Both the position numbers and the translations under genes were made by a program. Source: Squalus acanthias (taxonomy: Eukaryota). From it: DNA of 64,000 bases. The notes under the pieces are model-generated. The model saw only the letters and a program-made list of their open reading frames with translations, made no database searches and was not told the origin of the DNA. Below, one piece after another: positions 1 through 13,689 of this stretch. Each line of letters begins with the position of its first letter. The stretch's first letter is position 1. The stretch covers positions 61,258,001 through 61,322,000 of the forward strand of contig CM059438.1 of assembly GCA_030390025.1 (NCBI GenBank). The letters are read 5' to 3'.

Positions 1-3000
1 ATCACCAGACTCTTCCTCACATCACCGGACACTTCCCCTCATCACCAGACTCTTCCTCACATCACCAGACTCCTCCCCTTCTCACCAGACTCTTCCCCTC
101 ATCACCAGACTCTTCCTCACATCACCAGACTCTTCCGCTCATCACCAGACTCTTCCCCTCATCACCAGACTCTTCCCCACATCACCAGACTCTTCCCCTC
201 ATCACCAGACACTTCCCCTCATCACCAGACACTCCCCCTCATCACCAGACACTTCCCCTCATCACCAGACTCTTCCCCTCATCACCAGACTCTTCCCCTC
301 ATCACCAGACTCTTCCCCTCATCACCAGACTCTTAACCTCATCACCAGACTCTTCCCCACATCACCAGACTCTTCCCCTCATCACGAGACTCTTCCTCAC
401 ATCACCAGACTCTTCCTCACATCACCAGGCTCTACCCCTCATCACCAGAGTCTTCCTCACATCACCAGACTCTTCCCCTCATCACCAGACACATCCTCAC
501 ATCACCAGACTCTTCCTCACATCACCAGGCTCTACCCCTCATCACCAGAGTCTTCCTCACATCACCAGACTCTTTCCCTCATCACCAGACTCTTCCCCTC
601 ATCACCAGACTCTTCCCCTCATCACCAGACTCTTCCCCTCATCACCAGACTCTTCCCCTCATCACGAGACCCTTCCTCACATCACCAGACTCTACCCCAC
701 ATCACCAGACTTTTCCTCACATCACCAGACTCTTCCCCTCATCACCAGACTCTTCCCCTCATCACCAGACTCTTCCCATCATCACCAGACTCTTCGTCAC
801 ATCACCAGACACTTCCTCACATCACCAGACTCTTCCCATCATCACCAGACTCTTTGTCACATCACCAGACACTTCCTCACATCACCAGACTCTTCCCCTC
901 ATCACCAGACTCTTCCCCTCATCACCAGACTCTTCCCCTCATCACCAGACTCTTCGTCACATCTCCAGACACTTCCTCACATCACCAGACTCTTCCACTC
1001 ATCACTAGACTCTTCCTCACATCACCAGACTCTTCCTCACATCACCAGACTCTTCCCCTCATCTCCAGACACTTCCTCACATCACCAGACTCTTCCTCAC
1101 ATCACCAGACTCTTCCTCACATCACCAGGCTCTTCCTCACATCACCAGACACTTCACCTCATCACCAGACTCTTCCTCACATTACCAGACTCTTCCCCTC
1201 ATCACCAGACTCTTCCCCTCATCACCAGACTCTTCCCCTCATCACCAAACTCTTCCTGACATCACCAGACTCTTCCGCTCATCACCAGACTCTTCCCCTC
1301 ATCACCAAACTCTTCCCCTCATCACCAAACTCTTCCTCACATCACCAGACACTTCCTCACATCATCAAGCTCTTCCCTTCATCACCAGACTCTTCCTCAC
1401 ATCACCAGACTCTTCCCCTCATCACCAGACTCTTCCAATCATCACCAGACTCTTCACCTCATAACCAGTCTCTTCCTCACATCACCAGACTCTTCCCCTC
1501 ATCACCAGACTCTTCCTCACATCACCAGACTCTTCCCCTCATCACCAGACTCTTCCAATCATCACCAGACTCTTCCAATCATCACCAGACTCTTCCAATC
1601 ATCACCAGACTCTTCACCTCATAACCAGACTCTTCCTCACATCACCAGACTCTTCCCCTCCTCACCAGACTCTTCCCCTCATCACCAGACTCTTCCCATC
1701 ATCACCAGACTCTTCCCATCATCACCAGACACTTCCTCACATCACCAGACTCTTCCCCTCATCACCAGACTCTTCCCCTCATCACCAGACTCTTCCCCTC
1801 ATCACCAGACTCTTCCCATCATCACCAGACTCTTCATCACATCACCAGACACTTCCTCACATCACCAGACTCTTCCTCTCATCAACAGACTCTTCCTCAC
1901 ATCACCAGACTCTTCCTCACATCACCAGACTCTTCCCCTCATCTCCAGACACTTCCTCACATCACCAGACTCTTCCCCTCATCACCAGACTCTTCCCATC
2001 ATCACCAGTCTCTTTGTCACATCACCAGACACTTCCTCACATCACCAGACTCTTCCCCTCATCACCAGATTCTTCCCCTCAACACCAGACTCTTCCCCTC
2101 ATCACCAGACTCTTCGTCACATCACCAGACACTTCCTCACATCACCAGACTCTTCCCCTCATCACTAGACTCTTCCTCACATCACCAGACTCTTCCTCAC
2201 ATCACCAGACTCTTCCGCTCATCACCAGACTCTTCCCCTCATCACCAAACTCTTCCTCACATCACCAGACTCTTCCCCTCATCACCAGACTCTTCCAATC
2301 ATCACCAGACTCTTCACCTCATCACCAGACTCTTCCTCACATCACCAGACTCTTCCCCTCATCACCAGACTCTTCCTCACATCACCAGACTCTTCCCCTC
2401 ATCACTAGATTCTTCCTCACATCACCAGACTCTTCCTCACATCACCAGACACTTCCCCTCATCACCAGACTCTTCCTCACATCACCAGACTCCTCCCCTT
2501 CTCACCAGACTCTTCCCCTCATCACCAGACTCTTCCCCTCATCACGAGACTCTTCCTCACATCACCAGACTCTTCCTCACATCACCAGGCTCTACCCCTC
2601 ATCACCAGAGTCTTCCTCACATCACCAGACTCTTCCCCTCATCACCAGACACATCCTCACATCATCAGACTCTTCCTCACATCACCAGGCTCTACCCCTC
2701 ATCACCAGAGTCTTCCTCACATCACCAGACTCTTTCCCTCATCACCAGACTCTTCCCCTCATCACCAGACTCTTCCCCTCATCACCAGACTCTTCCCCTC
2801 ATCACGAGACCCTTCCTCACATCACCAGACTCTACCCCACATCACCAGACTTTTCCTCACATCACCAGACTCTTCCCCTCATCACCAGACTCTTCCAATC
2901 ATCACCAGACTCTTCACCTCATCTCCAGACTCTTCCTCACATCACCAGACTCTTCCTCACATCACCAGACACTTCCTCACATCACCAGACTCTTCCCCTC

Positions 3001-6000
3001 ATCACCAGACTCTTCCCCTCATCACCAGACTCTTCCCATCATCACCAGACTCTTCGTCACATCACCAGACTCTTCCCATCATCACCAGACTCTTTGTCAC
3101 ATCACCAGACACTTCCTCACATCACCAGACTCTTCCCCTCATCACCAGACTCTTCCCCTCATCACCAGACTCTTCCCCTCATCACCAGACTCTTCGTCAC
3201 ATCTCCAGACACTTCCTCACATCACCAGACTCTTCCACTCATCACTAGACTCTTCCTCACATCACCAGACTCTTCCTCACATCACCAGACTCTTCCCCTC
3301 ATCTCCAGACACTTCCTCACATCACCAGACTCTTCCTCACATCACCAGACTCTTCCTCACATCACCAGGCTCTTCCTCACATCACCAGACACTTCACCTC
3401 ATCACCAGACTCTTCCTCACATCACCAGACTCTTCCCCTCATCACCAGACTCTTCCCCTCATCACCAGACTCTTCCCCTCATCACCAAACTCTTCCTCAC
3501 ATCACCAGACTCTTCCGCTCATCACCAGACTCTTCCCCTCATCACCAAACTCTTCCCCTCATCACCAAACTCTTCCTCACATCACCAGACACTTCCTCAC
3601 ATCATCAAGCTCTTCCCTTCATCACCAGACTCTTCCTCACATCACCAGACTCTTCCCCTCATCACCAGACTCTTCCAATCATCACCAGACTCTTCACCTC
3701 ATAACCAGTCTCTTCCTCACATCACCAGACTCTTCCCCTCATCACCAGACTCTTCCTCACATCACCAGACTCTTCCCCTCATCACCAGACTCTTCCAATC
3801 ATCACCAGACTCTTCACCTCATAACCAGACTCTTCCTCACATCACCAGACTCTTCCCCTCATCACCAGACTCTTCCCCTCATCACCAGACTCTTCCCATC
3901 ATCACCAGACTCTTCCCATCATCACCAGACACTTCCTCACATCACCAGACTCTTCCCCTCATCACCAGACTCTTCCCCTCATCACCAGACTCTTCCCATC
4001 ATCACCAGACTCTTCGTCACATCACGAGACACTTCCTCACATCACCAGACTCTTCCTCTCATCAACAGACTCTTCCTCACATCACCAGACTCTTCCTCAC
4101 ATCACCAGACTCTTCCCCTCATCTCCAGACACTTCCTCACATCACCAGACTCTTCCCCTCATCACCAGGCTCTTCCTCACATCACCAGACTCTTCCCCTC
4201 ATCACCAGACTCTTCCCCTCATCACCAAACTCTTCCTCACATCACCAGACTCTTCCCCTCATCTCCAGACTCGTCCTCAAATCAGTAGACTCTTCGTCAC
4301 ATCACCAGACACTTCCTCACATCACCAGACTCTACCCCTCATCACCAGACTCTACCCCTCATCACCAGACTCTACCCCTCATCACCAGACTCTACCCCTC
4401 ATCACCAGACTCTTCCCCTCATCACCAGACTCTTGCCCGCATCACCAGACATTTCCTCACATCACCAGACTCTTCCCCTCATCAGCAGACTATTCCCCTC
4501 ATCACCAGACTCTTCCCCTCATCACAAGACTCTTCCTCACATCACCAGACTCTTCCTCACATCACCAGACTCTTCCCCACATCACCAGACTCTTCCCCAC
4601 ATCACCAGACTCTTCTCCTCATCACCAGACTTTTCCCCTCATCAGCAGACTATTCCCCTCATCACCAGACTCTTCGTCTCATCACCAGACTCTTCCTCAC
4701 ATCACCAGACTCTTCCTCACATCACCAGACTCTTCCTCACATCACCAGACTCTTCCCCACATCACCAGACTCTTTCCCTCATCACCAGACTCTTCCCCAC
4801 ATCACCAGACTCTTCCTCACATCATCAGACTCTTCCTCACATCACCAGACTCTTCCTCACATCACCAGACTCTTCCCCACATCACCAGACTCTTCCCCTC
4901 ATCAAAATGCTCTTCCTCACATCACCAGACTCTTCCCCACATCACCAGACTCTTCCCCACATCACCAGACTCTTCCCCACATCACCAGACTCTTCCCCAC
5001 ATCACCAGACTCTTCCCCACATCACCAGACTCTTCCCCACATCACCAGACTCTTCCCATCATCACCGGACACTTCCCCCCATCACCAGACTCTTCCTCAC
5101 ATCACCAGACTCTTCCCCACATCACCAGACTCTTCCCCACATCACCAGACTCTTCCTCACATCACCAGACTCTACCCCACATCACCAGACTTTTCCTCAC
5201 ATCACCAGACTCTTCCCCTCATCACCAGACTCTTCCAATCATCACCAGACTCTTCACCTCATCTCCAGACTCTTCCTCACATCACCAGACTCTTCCTCAC
5301 ATCACCAGACACTTCCTCACATCACCAGACTCTTCCCCTCATCACCAGACTCTTCCCCTCATCACCAGACTCTTCCCATCATCACCAGACTCTTCGTCAC
5401 ATCACCAGACTCTTCCCATCATCACCAGACTCTTTGTCACATCACCAGACACTTCCTCACACCACCAGACTCTTCCCCTCATCACCAGACTCTTCCCCTC
5501 ATCACCAGACTCTTCCCCTCATCACCAGACTCTTCGTCACATCTCCAGACACTTCCTCACATCACCAGACTCTTCCACTCATCACTAGACTCTTCCTCAC
5601 ATCACCAGACTCTTCCTCACATCACCAGACTCTTCCCCTCATCTCCAGACACTTCCTCACATCACCAGACTCTTCCTCACATCACCAGACTCTTCCTCAC
5701 ATCACCAGGCTCTTCCTCACATCACCAGACACTTCACCTCATCACCAGACTCTTCCTCACATCACCAGACTCTTCCCCTCATCACCAGACTCTTCCCCTC
5801 ATCACCAGACTCTTCCCCTCATCACCAGACTCTTCCCCTCATCACCAAACTCTTCCTCACATCACCAGACTCTTCCGCTCATCACCAGACTCTTCCCCTC
5901 ATCACCAAACTCTTCCCCTCATCACCAAACTCTTCCTCACATCACCAGACACTTCCTCACATCATCAAGCTCTTCCCTTCATCACCAGACTCTTCCTCAC

Positions 6001-9000
6001 ATCACCAGACTCTTCCCCTCATCACCAGACTCTTCCAATCATCACCAGACTCTTCACCTCATAACCAGTCTCTTCCTCACATCACCAGACTCTTCCCCTC
6101 ATCACCAGACTCTTCCTCACATCACCAGACTCTTCCCCTCATCACCAGACTCTTCCAATCATCACCAGACTCTTCACCTCATAACCAGACTCTTCCTCAC
6201 ATCACCAGACTCTTCCCCTCCTCACCAGACTCTTCCCCTCATCACCAGACTCTTCCCATCATCACCAGACTCTTCCCATCATCACCAGACACTTCCTCAC
6301 ATCACCAGACTCTTCCCCTCATCACCAGACTCTTCCCCTCATCACCAGACTCTTCCCATCATCACCAGACTCTTCGTCACATCACCAGACACTTCCTCAC
6401 ATCACCAGACTCTTCCTCTCATCAACAGACTCTTCCTCACATCACCAGACTCTTCCTCACATCACCAGACTCTTCCCCTCATCTCCAGACACTTCCTCAC
6501 ATCACCAGACTCTTCCCCTCATCACCAGGCTCTTCCTCACATCACCAGACTCTTCCCCTCATCACCAGACTCTTCCCCTCATCACCAAACTCTTCCTCAC
6601 ATCACCAGACTCTTCCCTCATCTCCAGACTCGTCCTCAAATCAGTAGACTCTTCGTCACATCACCAGACACTTCCTCACATCACCAGACTCTACCCCTCA
6701 TCACCAGACTCTACCCCTCATCACCAGACTCTACCCCTCATCACCAGACTCTACCCCTCATCACCAGACTCTACCCCTCATCACCAGACTCTTCCCCTCA
6801 TCACCAGACTCTTGCCCGCATCACCAGACATTTCCTCACATCACCAGACTCTTCCCCTCATCAGCAGACTATTCCCCTCATCACCAGACTCTTCCCCTCA
6901 TCACAAGGCTCTTCCTCACATCACCAGACTCTTCCTCACATCACCAGACTCTTCCCCACATCACCAGACTCTTCCCCACATCACCAGACTCTTCTCCTCA
7001 TCACCAGACTTTTCCCCTCATCAGCAGACTATTCCCCTCATCACCAGACTCTTCGTCACATCACCAGACTCTTCCTCACATCACCAGACTCTTCCTCACA
7101 TCACCAGACTCTTCCTCACATCACCAGACTCTTCCCCACATCACCAGACTCTTTCCCTCATCACCAGACTCTTCCCCACATCACCAGACTCTTCCTCACA
7201 TCACCAGACTCTTCCTCACATCACCAGACTCTTCCTCACATCACCAGACTCTTCCCCACATCACCAGACTCTTCCCCTCATCAAAATGCTCTTCCTCACA
7301 TCACCAGACTCTTCCCCACATCACCAGACTCTTCCCCACATCACCAGACTCTTCCCCACATCACCAGACTCTTCCCCACATCACCAGACTCTTCCCCACA
7401 TCACCAGACTCTTCCCCACATCACCAGACTCTTCCCCACATCACCAGACTCTTCCCCACATCACCAGACTCTTCCCATCATCACCGGACACTTCCCCCCA
7501 TCACCGGACTCTTCCCCACATCACCAGACTCTTCCCCACATCACCAGACTCTTCCCCACATCACCAGACTCTTCCTCACATCACCAGACTCTTCCTCACA
7601 TCACCAGACTCTTCCTCACATCACCAGACTCTTCCTCACATCACCAGGCTCTTCCCCTCATCACCAGACTCTTCCTCACATCACCAGACTCTTGTCACAT
7701 CACCAGACACTTCCTCACATCACCAGACTCTTTCCCTCATCACGAGAATCTTCCTCACATCACCAGACTCTTCCCCTCATCACCAGACTCTTCCCCTCAT
7801 CACCAGACTCTTCCCCTCATCACCAGACTCTTCCCCTCATCACCAGACTCTTCCCCTCATCACCAGACTCTTCCCCACATCACCAGATTCTTCCTCTCAT
7901 CTCCAGACTCTTCCTCTCATCTCCAGACTCTTCCTCACATCACCGGACTCTTCCTCACATCACCAGACTCTTCCTCACATCACCAGACTCTTCCTCACAT
8001 CACCAGACACTTCCTCACATCACCAGACTCTTCCTCACATGTCCAGACTCTTCCTCACATGACCAGACTCTTCCTCACATCTCCAGACACTTCTCCTCAT
8101 CACCAGACTCTTCCTCACATCACCAGACTCTTCCTCACATCACCACACTCTTCCTCACAACACCACACTCTTCCTCACATCACCGGACTCTTCCCCTCAT
8201 GACCAGGCTTTACCTCACATCACCAGACACTTCGCCTTATCAGAAGACACATCCGCACATCACCAGACTCTTCCCCTCTACGCCAGACTCTTATTCACAT
8301 CGCCATACTCTTCCTCACATCACAAGACTCTTCCTCACAACACCAGACTCTTCCCCTCATCACCAGACTCCTCTTCTCATCACCAGACTCTTCCTCACAT
8401 CACCAGACTCTTCCTCACATCACCAGACACTTCCTCACAACACCAGACTCTTCCCCTCATCACCAGACTCTTCCCCTCATCACCAGACTCTTCCCCTCAT
8501 CACCAGACTCTTCCTCACATCACCAGACTCTTCCCCTCATCACCAGACACTTCCTCTCATCACCAGACTCTTCCCCTCATCACCAGACTCTACCCCTCAT
8601 CACCAGACTCTACCCCTCATCACCAGACTCTTCCTCACATCACCAGATTCTTCCCCTCATGACCAGACTCTTCCCCAGATCACCAGACTCATCCTCACAT
8701 CACCAGACTCTTCCCCTCATCACCAGACTCTTCCCCTCATCACCAGACACTTCATCACATCACCAGACTCTTCCCCTCATCACCAGACTCTTGCTCACAT
8801 CACCAGACTCTTCCCTCATCACCAGACTCTTCCCTCATCACCAGACTCTTCATCACATCCCCAGACTCTTCCTCACATCACCAGACTCTTCCCTCATCAC
8901 CAGACTCTTCCTCACATCAGCAGACTCTTCCCCTCATCACCAGACTCTTCCTCACATCACCAGACTCTTCCCCTCATCACCAGACTCTTCCTCACATCAC

Positions 9001-9462
9001 CAGATTCTTCCCCTCATCACCAGACTCTTCATCACATCCCCAGACTCTTCCCCTCATCACCAGGCTCTTCCTTACATTACCAGACATTTCCTCACATCAC
9101 CAGACTCTTCCCCTCATCCCCAGACTCTTCCCCTCATCACCAGGCTCTTCCTCACATCACCAGACTCTTCCTCACATCACCAGACTCTTCCTCACATCAC
9201 CAGACTCTTCCTCACATCACCAGACTCTTCCTCACATCACCAGACTCTTCCCCTCATCACCAGGCTCTTCCTTACATCACCAGACACTTCCTCACATCGC
9301 CAGATTCTTCCCCTCATCACCAGACTCTTCCTCACACACCAGACTCTTCCCTCATCACCAGACTCTTCTTCACATCACCAGGCTCTTCCCCTCATCACCA
9401 GGCTCTTCCTCACATCACCAGACTCTTCCTCACATCACCAGACTCTTCCTCACATCACCAGG
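1..9462. repeat. 20-bp satellite array, consensus ATCACCAGACTCTTCC(CCTC/TCAC/CCAC), about 470 units, runs off the left window edge
   Basis: Exact 20-nt period visible throughout; single-base deletions and more divergence from about 6615 onward; ends abruptly at ...CACATCACCAGG. Confidence 0.99.
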
Positions 9463-10016
9463 TTCTCCATGGTCTTGGACATTATCCTGAACTGGTCACA
9501 CTGCCAGGGTTTCGCACCAGGGATTGGGGGCAACATCAAAGTTTAGCAGCAGGCCTGGCCAAGGCATGAAGATCCACTGGAGCAATAGAGTTCTCTTTGC
9601 TGTGTTGTTGGGCCTCTTCAAACCCTCCAGGACAAGGCCAAGTGCTAGCCTTCTGCGGCACCACTGGATGGAGGCAACCCTTTGATCCCAGATATGAGGA
9701 AATTGAGCTGGGAGAGCTAAGGAAAACTGTTCCCACCTCATTCACATTGCAAAACTGGCCTACCTCACTTGCAGGTGCCAGCTGTGGCTCAATGGGCAGC
9801 ACTCTTGCCTTTGAGTCAAGAAGGTTGTGGGTTCAAGCCCCACTCCAGGAACTTAAGCACAAAAATCTAGGCTGACACTCCAGTGCAGTGCTGAGTGAGT
9901 GCTGCATTGTCAGAGGTGCTGTCTTATGTATGAAATGTTACATTGAGGCCCTGTCTGCTCTCTCAGGTGAATGTAAAAGGTCCCAAGGCACTATTTGAAA
10001 GAGGAGCAAGGGAGTT

Positions 10017-10485
10017 TTTACTGGTTACAATGAAGCTCAACGTAAGCTCGAGGAACAGCACCTCTTCTTTCGATTAGGCAGTTTACAGCCTTCCGGACTC
10101 AACATTGAGTTCAACAATTTCAGATCTTAACCTCTGCCCCCATTTTTTCAGACAGCAGGTGCTGGTAATGATTCCACTGTTACCATTTTCACCTCCTCTG
10201 GACCCATCTTTTGTATCTTTACTTGTCCCATTACCATCCCCTTTCACCTTGCATCATCACCCCTTTTTGTCATTTAATCTCTCCTGCCTCCCACCCTATC
10301 ACAGACCTTCCCTTTTGTTCTTTCCTCCCCTCCCCCCTTTCCCTGCCCCTGCACTTGCTTAAAAACCTGTTCCATCTCCAACTTTTTCCAGTTCTGACGA
10401 AAGGTCATCGACCTGAAACGTTAACTCTGTTTCTCTCTCCTCAGATGCTGCCTGAACCTGCTTCCAGCATTTTCCGTTTCTATTT
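10017..10485 (+). mobile_element. Penelope-like retroelement 3' fragment (GIY-YIG C-terminus plus terminal repeat)
   Basis: Translates as NEAQRKLEEQHLFFRLGSLQPSGLNIEF, a typical Penelope endonuclease C-terminus; followed by a pyrimidine-rich spacer and a hammerhead-like terminus. Confidence 0.8.
10390..10426 (+). ncRNA. Minimal type-I hammerhead ribozyme motif (Penelope-associated)
   Basis: AGTT-CTGACGA-A-AGGTC-ATC-GACCT-GAAA-CG-TT-AACT: stem I AGTT/AACT, stem II AGGTC/GACCT, palindromic stem III ACGT, predicted cleavage after 10422. Confidence 0.7.
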
Positions 10486-10891
10486 TTGAGTTTTCCCTGG
10501 TGTCCTGGCCAGCATTGATCCTACATTACAGCAGTGACTACAACTTCATTGGTTGTAAAATGCTTTGGGATGTTGTGAAAGGCGTTATAGAAACATGGGT
10601 TCTTGTTTTTTCCCTGTAGTTCCTGAACGTTGCTGAGGCACTGCGGAGAGAAAAAGAAACAGAAAATGCTGCAAATCTGTGGAAAGAGCAGAGTTTCGAC
10701 ATTTCAAGTGGAAAGAACCCTTCATGATACAGAGAGGAATATTGGGGCCATTATCTCCAATCTAACTGATCAGGAGTCACCTAGAAAGAAGACCATTAAG
10801 GGGTAATTCTTCCTTGCTGAGCTCCCAATGAGGAAACCACACTCAAAGAGAGCAAGGTCAGAGACAGGGCTACAACTTGCATAGAATCATC

Positions 10892-11599
10892 GGGGGAAAA
10901 ATTCCTTCGCCACCATTTTGGGTCACTAACATCACCTGAGCGCTAAATTAGCGCCCGGCGAAAAATAGCACCGCCGATCGTGAACTTCAGTTTTAGCGCC
11001 CCAAGAGGGAGGTGGGGCGCTAATTCAAGCACTCCTCTTCCTTCTTAGAGCGCTAACCCCGAATATCAGGGCGATGCGTTCTGCAGCGCTACGCACTGGG
11101 CCACGTAGCGCTGCCGCATGGAAGGGCTCATCCCCTCATTAAAGGGGAGGGCCCAAGCCCACAACTCTGCGGGGCCCTACCTGGACCACCGGGGAGCGGG
11201 GAGCCGTGCCAGCAGCCCCGGCATGCAAGAGGAGCGCCGGGCTGCCCGATCGCAGCACGGACCCCGCGTTCAAAGAGGCAACAAGGAAGTCGGCCGATAT
11301 TTTTTTATCCCCGCCCGCCACCTCCCCTTTACTTCGCGCTCCGCGAGCCTCCTGCCGCTCCGTTCCCGCCCCCTGAATCGGTCGCTGTCATCGCCCGCCG
11401 CAGATTCAGGGGGGCACGGGCCAATTTTGCAGGCGGGTCGAAAACGGGGCGGTGGAGCGGGGCGCTACTGGTTACCACCTGCTGAATTTAGTGGGAGTCG
11501 TTAGCGGTGCCGCGGCGCCCGGGCGAAAAGTCATTTGTGGCCCGTTACCGCCCCCCGGAAGCGCTAGCGGGCGGCGCAAATGCACCGAATTTCTAGCCC
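10892..11599. mobile_element. Non-autonomous Harbinger-type MITE
   Basis: Ends GGGGGAAAAATTC and GAATTTCTAGCCC; imperfect 3-bp TSD (ATC/ATA); inserted in a CR1 tail; subterminal (T)AGCGC motifs. Confidence 0.75.
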
Positions 11600-12103
11600 A
11601 TAGAATGATACAGCACAGGAGGAGGCCATTTGGCCCATTGTGCCTGTGTTGGCTCTTTGAATGAGATATCCAATTAGTCCCATTCCCCTGCCCTTTCCCC
11701 ATTTCCCTGCAAATTTTTCCCCTTCAAGTATTTATCCAATTCCCTTTGAAAGTTATTATTGAATCTTCTCCCACCGCCCTTTCAGGCAGTGCATTCCAGA
11801 TCACAACAACTCGCTGCGTAAAAAAAATTCTCCTCATCTCCCCCCTTGGTTCTTTTGCCAATTATCTTAAATCTGTGTCCAATGGTTACTGACCCGCCTG
11901 CCAGTGGAAACAGTTTCTCCTTATGTACTTTATGATTTTGAACATCTCTATCAAATAACCTTCTCTGCTCTAAAGAGAGCAATCCCAGTTTCTCTAGCCG
12001 CTCCACATAACTGAAGTCCCTCATCCCTGGTACCATTCTAGTAAATCTCCTCTGCACCCTCTCTAAAGCCTTGACATCCTTCCTAAAGTGTGGTGCCCAG
12101 AAT
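11600..12103 (-). mobile_element. CR1/HER1 LINE 3' fragment
   Basis: QRRFTRMVPGMRDFSYVERLEKLGL motif plus CR1 3'UTR. Confidence 0.9.
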
Positions 12104-12365
12104 TGGTCTGAAAGGTTTCTTTGGTATTAAGTTTCATTACTACTCATTCTCAATTCAGCATTCATGATCATAGTTCAGCTTTCAAGTTCAGTATGGGTAA
12201 CTAATACTGGGCAAGAGTATAGCCTTACCCACAACAATTACATTGGTAACTCTATCAGAAAGCATGAGTTAGCACCATAGATATAAATGAGATTCTGGAA
12301 ATGCAGAATATGGACAGACTCCTAAGGTGATTTAGTCTGTGCTGTTACATTGGCACTGGAATATT

Positions 12366-13130
12366 GGGCCAGAAGTTCGGGTCTCCACGGGTGAGTACGC
12401 GCTGTGTACTCACCCGTAGACCCAATGAAAGTGCCGGTTTCACGCATGCACTGCGCATGTGCTGGAAACCGGAACTTCCGTTCCCCTGAAGGAAGGGGTT
12501 CAGAGGTCGAACGCGTGCGCCGGAGAGGCAGCGCGCACGCAGCGAACTTCGGTTTTTTTTTCAGGTTTCTCCGTGAGGGTAAGTATGGAGAAGCTGCGCA
12601 GGAAAAAAGGAGGCGCAAGGCCTGCTTTTAACAAGGTAAGTGGTGAATTAAGTACAATTTAAACATTTTTTCAACAGGTTTATCTTTTTTACATACTTTA
12701 AAGAAAGGTAAGTTTATTTTTAGCACCGTTAAAAAGTGTAATTAATTTTTTCAAAAATTTTAATTTTTGTTTAAAGTAGTTAATTTATGTAATTTATAGT
12801 TATTTTAAAAATGTGATGTTCTTTTTTTATTTATTTGAAGTTTAAGTGAGGTTTTGGGGCCGATCTCTATTCATAGATTTGACAGGTCTTCCTGTTAAAA
12901 TCTATGAATGAAAATTCCCTGCTCCGATTGGCTCTCCTTGGCCCACGTGATCCCAGGGGACGCTTCGAACTAACTGCGCCCCTGGGATACGCGAGCACTG
13001 CGCGCCGGCAGCTGCAGGAGGCCCAGGAGCTGAATTCCACGCGGGCCCGAAGCACAACGGCAGGCGCGGTAGGTAAGTACACGCACGATCCTTGCACCTG
13101 CGGGAAGCCAGAGAGCTGAATTTCTGGCCT
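12366..13130 (+). mobile_element. Harbinger-type MITE, 'splice-donor' family, copy 1
   Basis: TIR GGGCCAGAAGTTC / GAATTTCTGGCC; homologous to inverted copies at 13938-14687 and 24563-25276. Confidence 0.75.
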
Positions 13131-13689
13131 TAATATTATGTGAAATTGTGTATTGCAAGACAGAAAATATTTGTCGTTCTCTCCGATTTGTTGGCCTTCC
13201 CTACCCTTCGAATTATGGTTTGAAGGGCAGCGACTGATCCTCTGGTTCCTCATTCAAGTGACTGTTGTTCGTGTGTAAGCTTTGGCTGTGATTGCCGGAA
13301 GGCTGCCCGACCCTGAAGGGCATCACAACCACGCCCGATCCAGTCCTTGCCTTTGCCTGACGAATACAAGCTGCTGCTTCCATGATTGTTGCGCTGCCCT
13401 TCTCTCTTGGTCCTGCTGCTGCGGGCCAGAGGGGGGGGATCGGGGCTATCCTGCATTCAGCACAAGTGAAGGGAATAAGTAGCCTCCTCTTACATTGTGG
13501 CTGCTGGGACTGCCCTGCTACCATGAAGCCTTGGTCCTGGTGCGAGTGTGAGGCGTAAGAGAAAGTGACAACAGCAAAGGAAAGAAGCCCCTGGGGCATT
13601 CGCAGCATGTGAGGAGTGGGGGGGGGGGGTGGTGGGATGGGTACCTTCAAGCTGAGAGGGCAAGTGCGAGGAGGATCTGAAGCAGATAA

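Larger units (their letters stand above)
9776..10600 (+). mobile_element. tRNA-derived SINE (Deu-domain/SacSINE1-like, L2-type tail), split by a Penelope insertion at about 10017-10485
   Basis: A box TGGCTCAATGG and B box GGTTCAAGCCC; body matches the full copy at 55022-55500; resumes at about 10487 (GAGTTTTCCCTGGTGTCCTGGCC) and ends GAAAGGCGTTATAGAAA. Confidence 0.8.

Noticed and set aside
854..9569. Very long plus-strand ORFs (up to 2062 aa, Ser/Pro/His-rich)
   Set aside because: The 20-bp unit has no stop codon on the plus strand, so all three frames give the same 20-aa repeat; starts are mostly non-ATG; artefact of the satellite
9463..9775. Unique flank with peptide-like stretches (DPRYEEIELGELRK; GLVLEGLKR)
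   Set aside because: No recognisable domain or clean exon boundaries; cannot be assigned without a search
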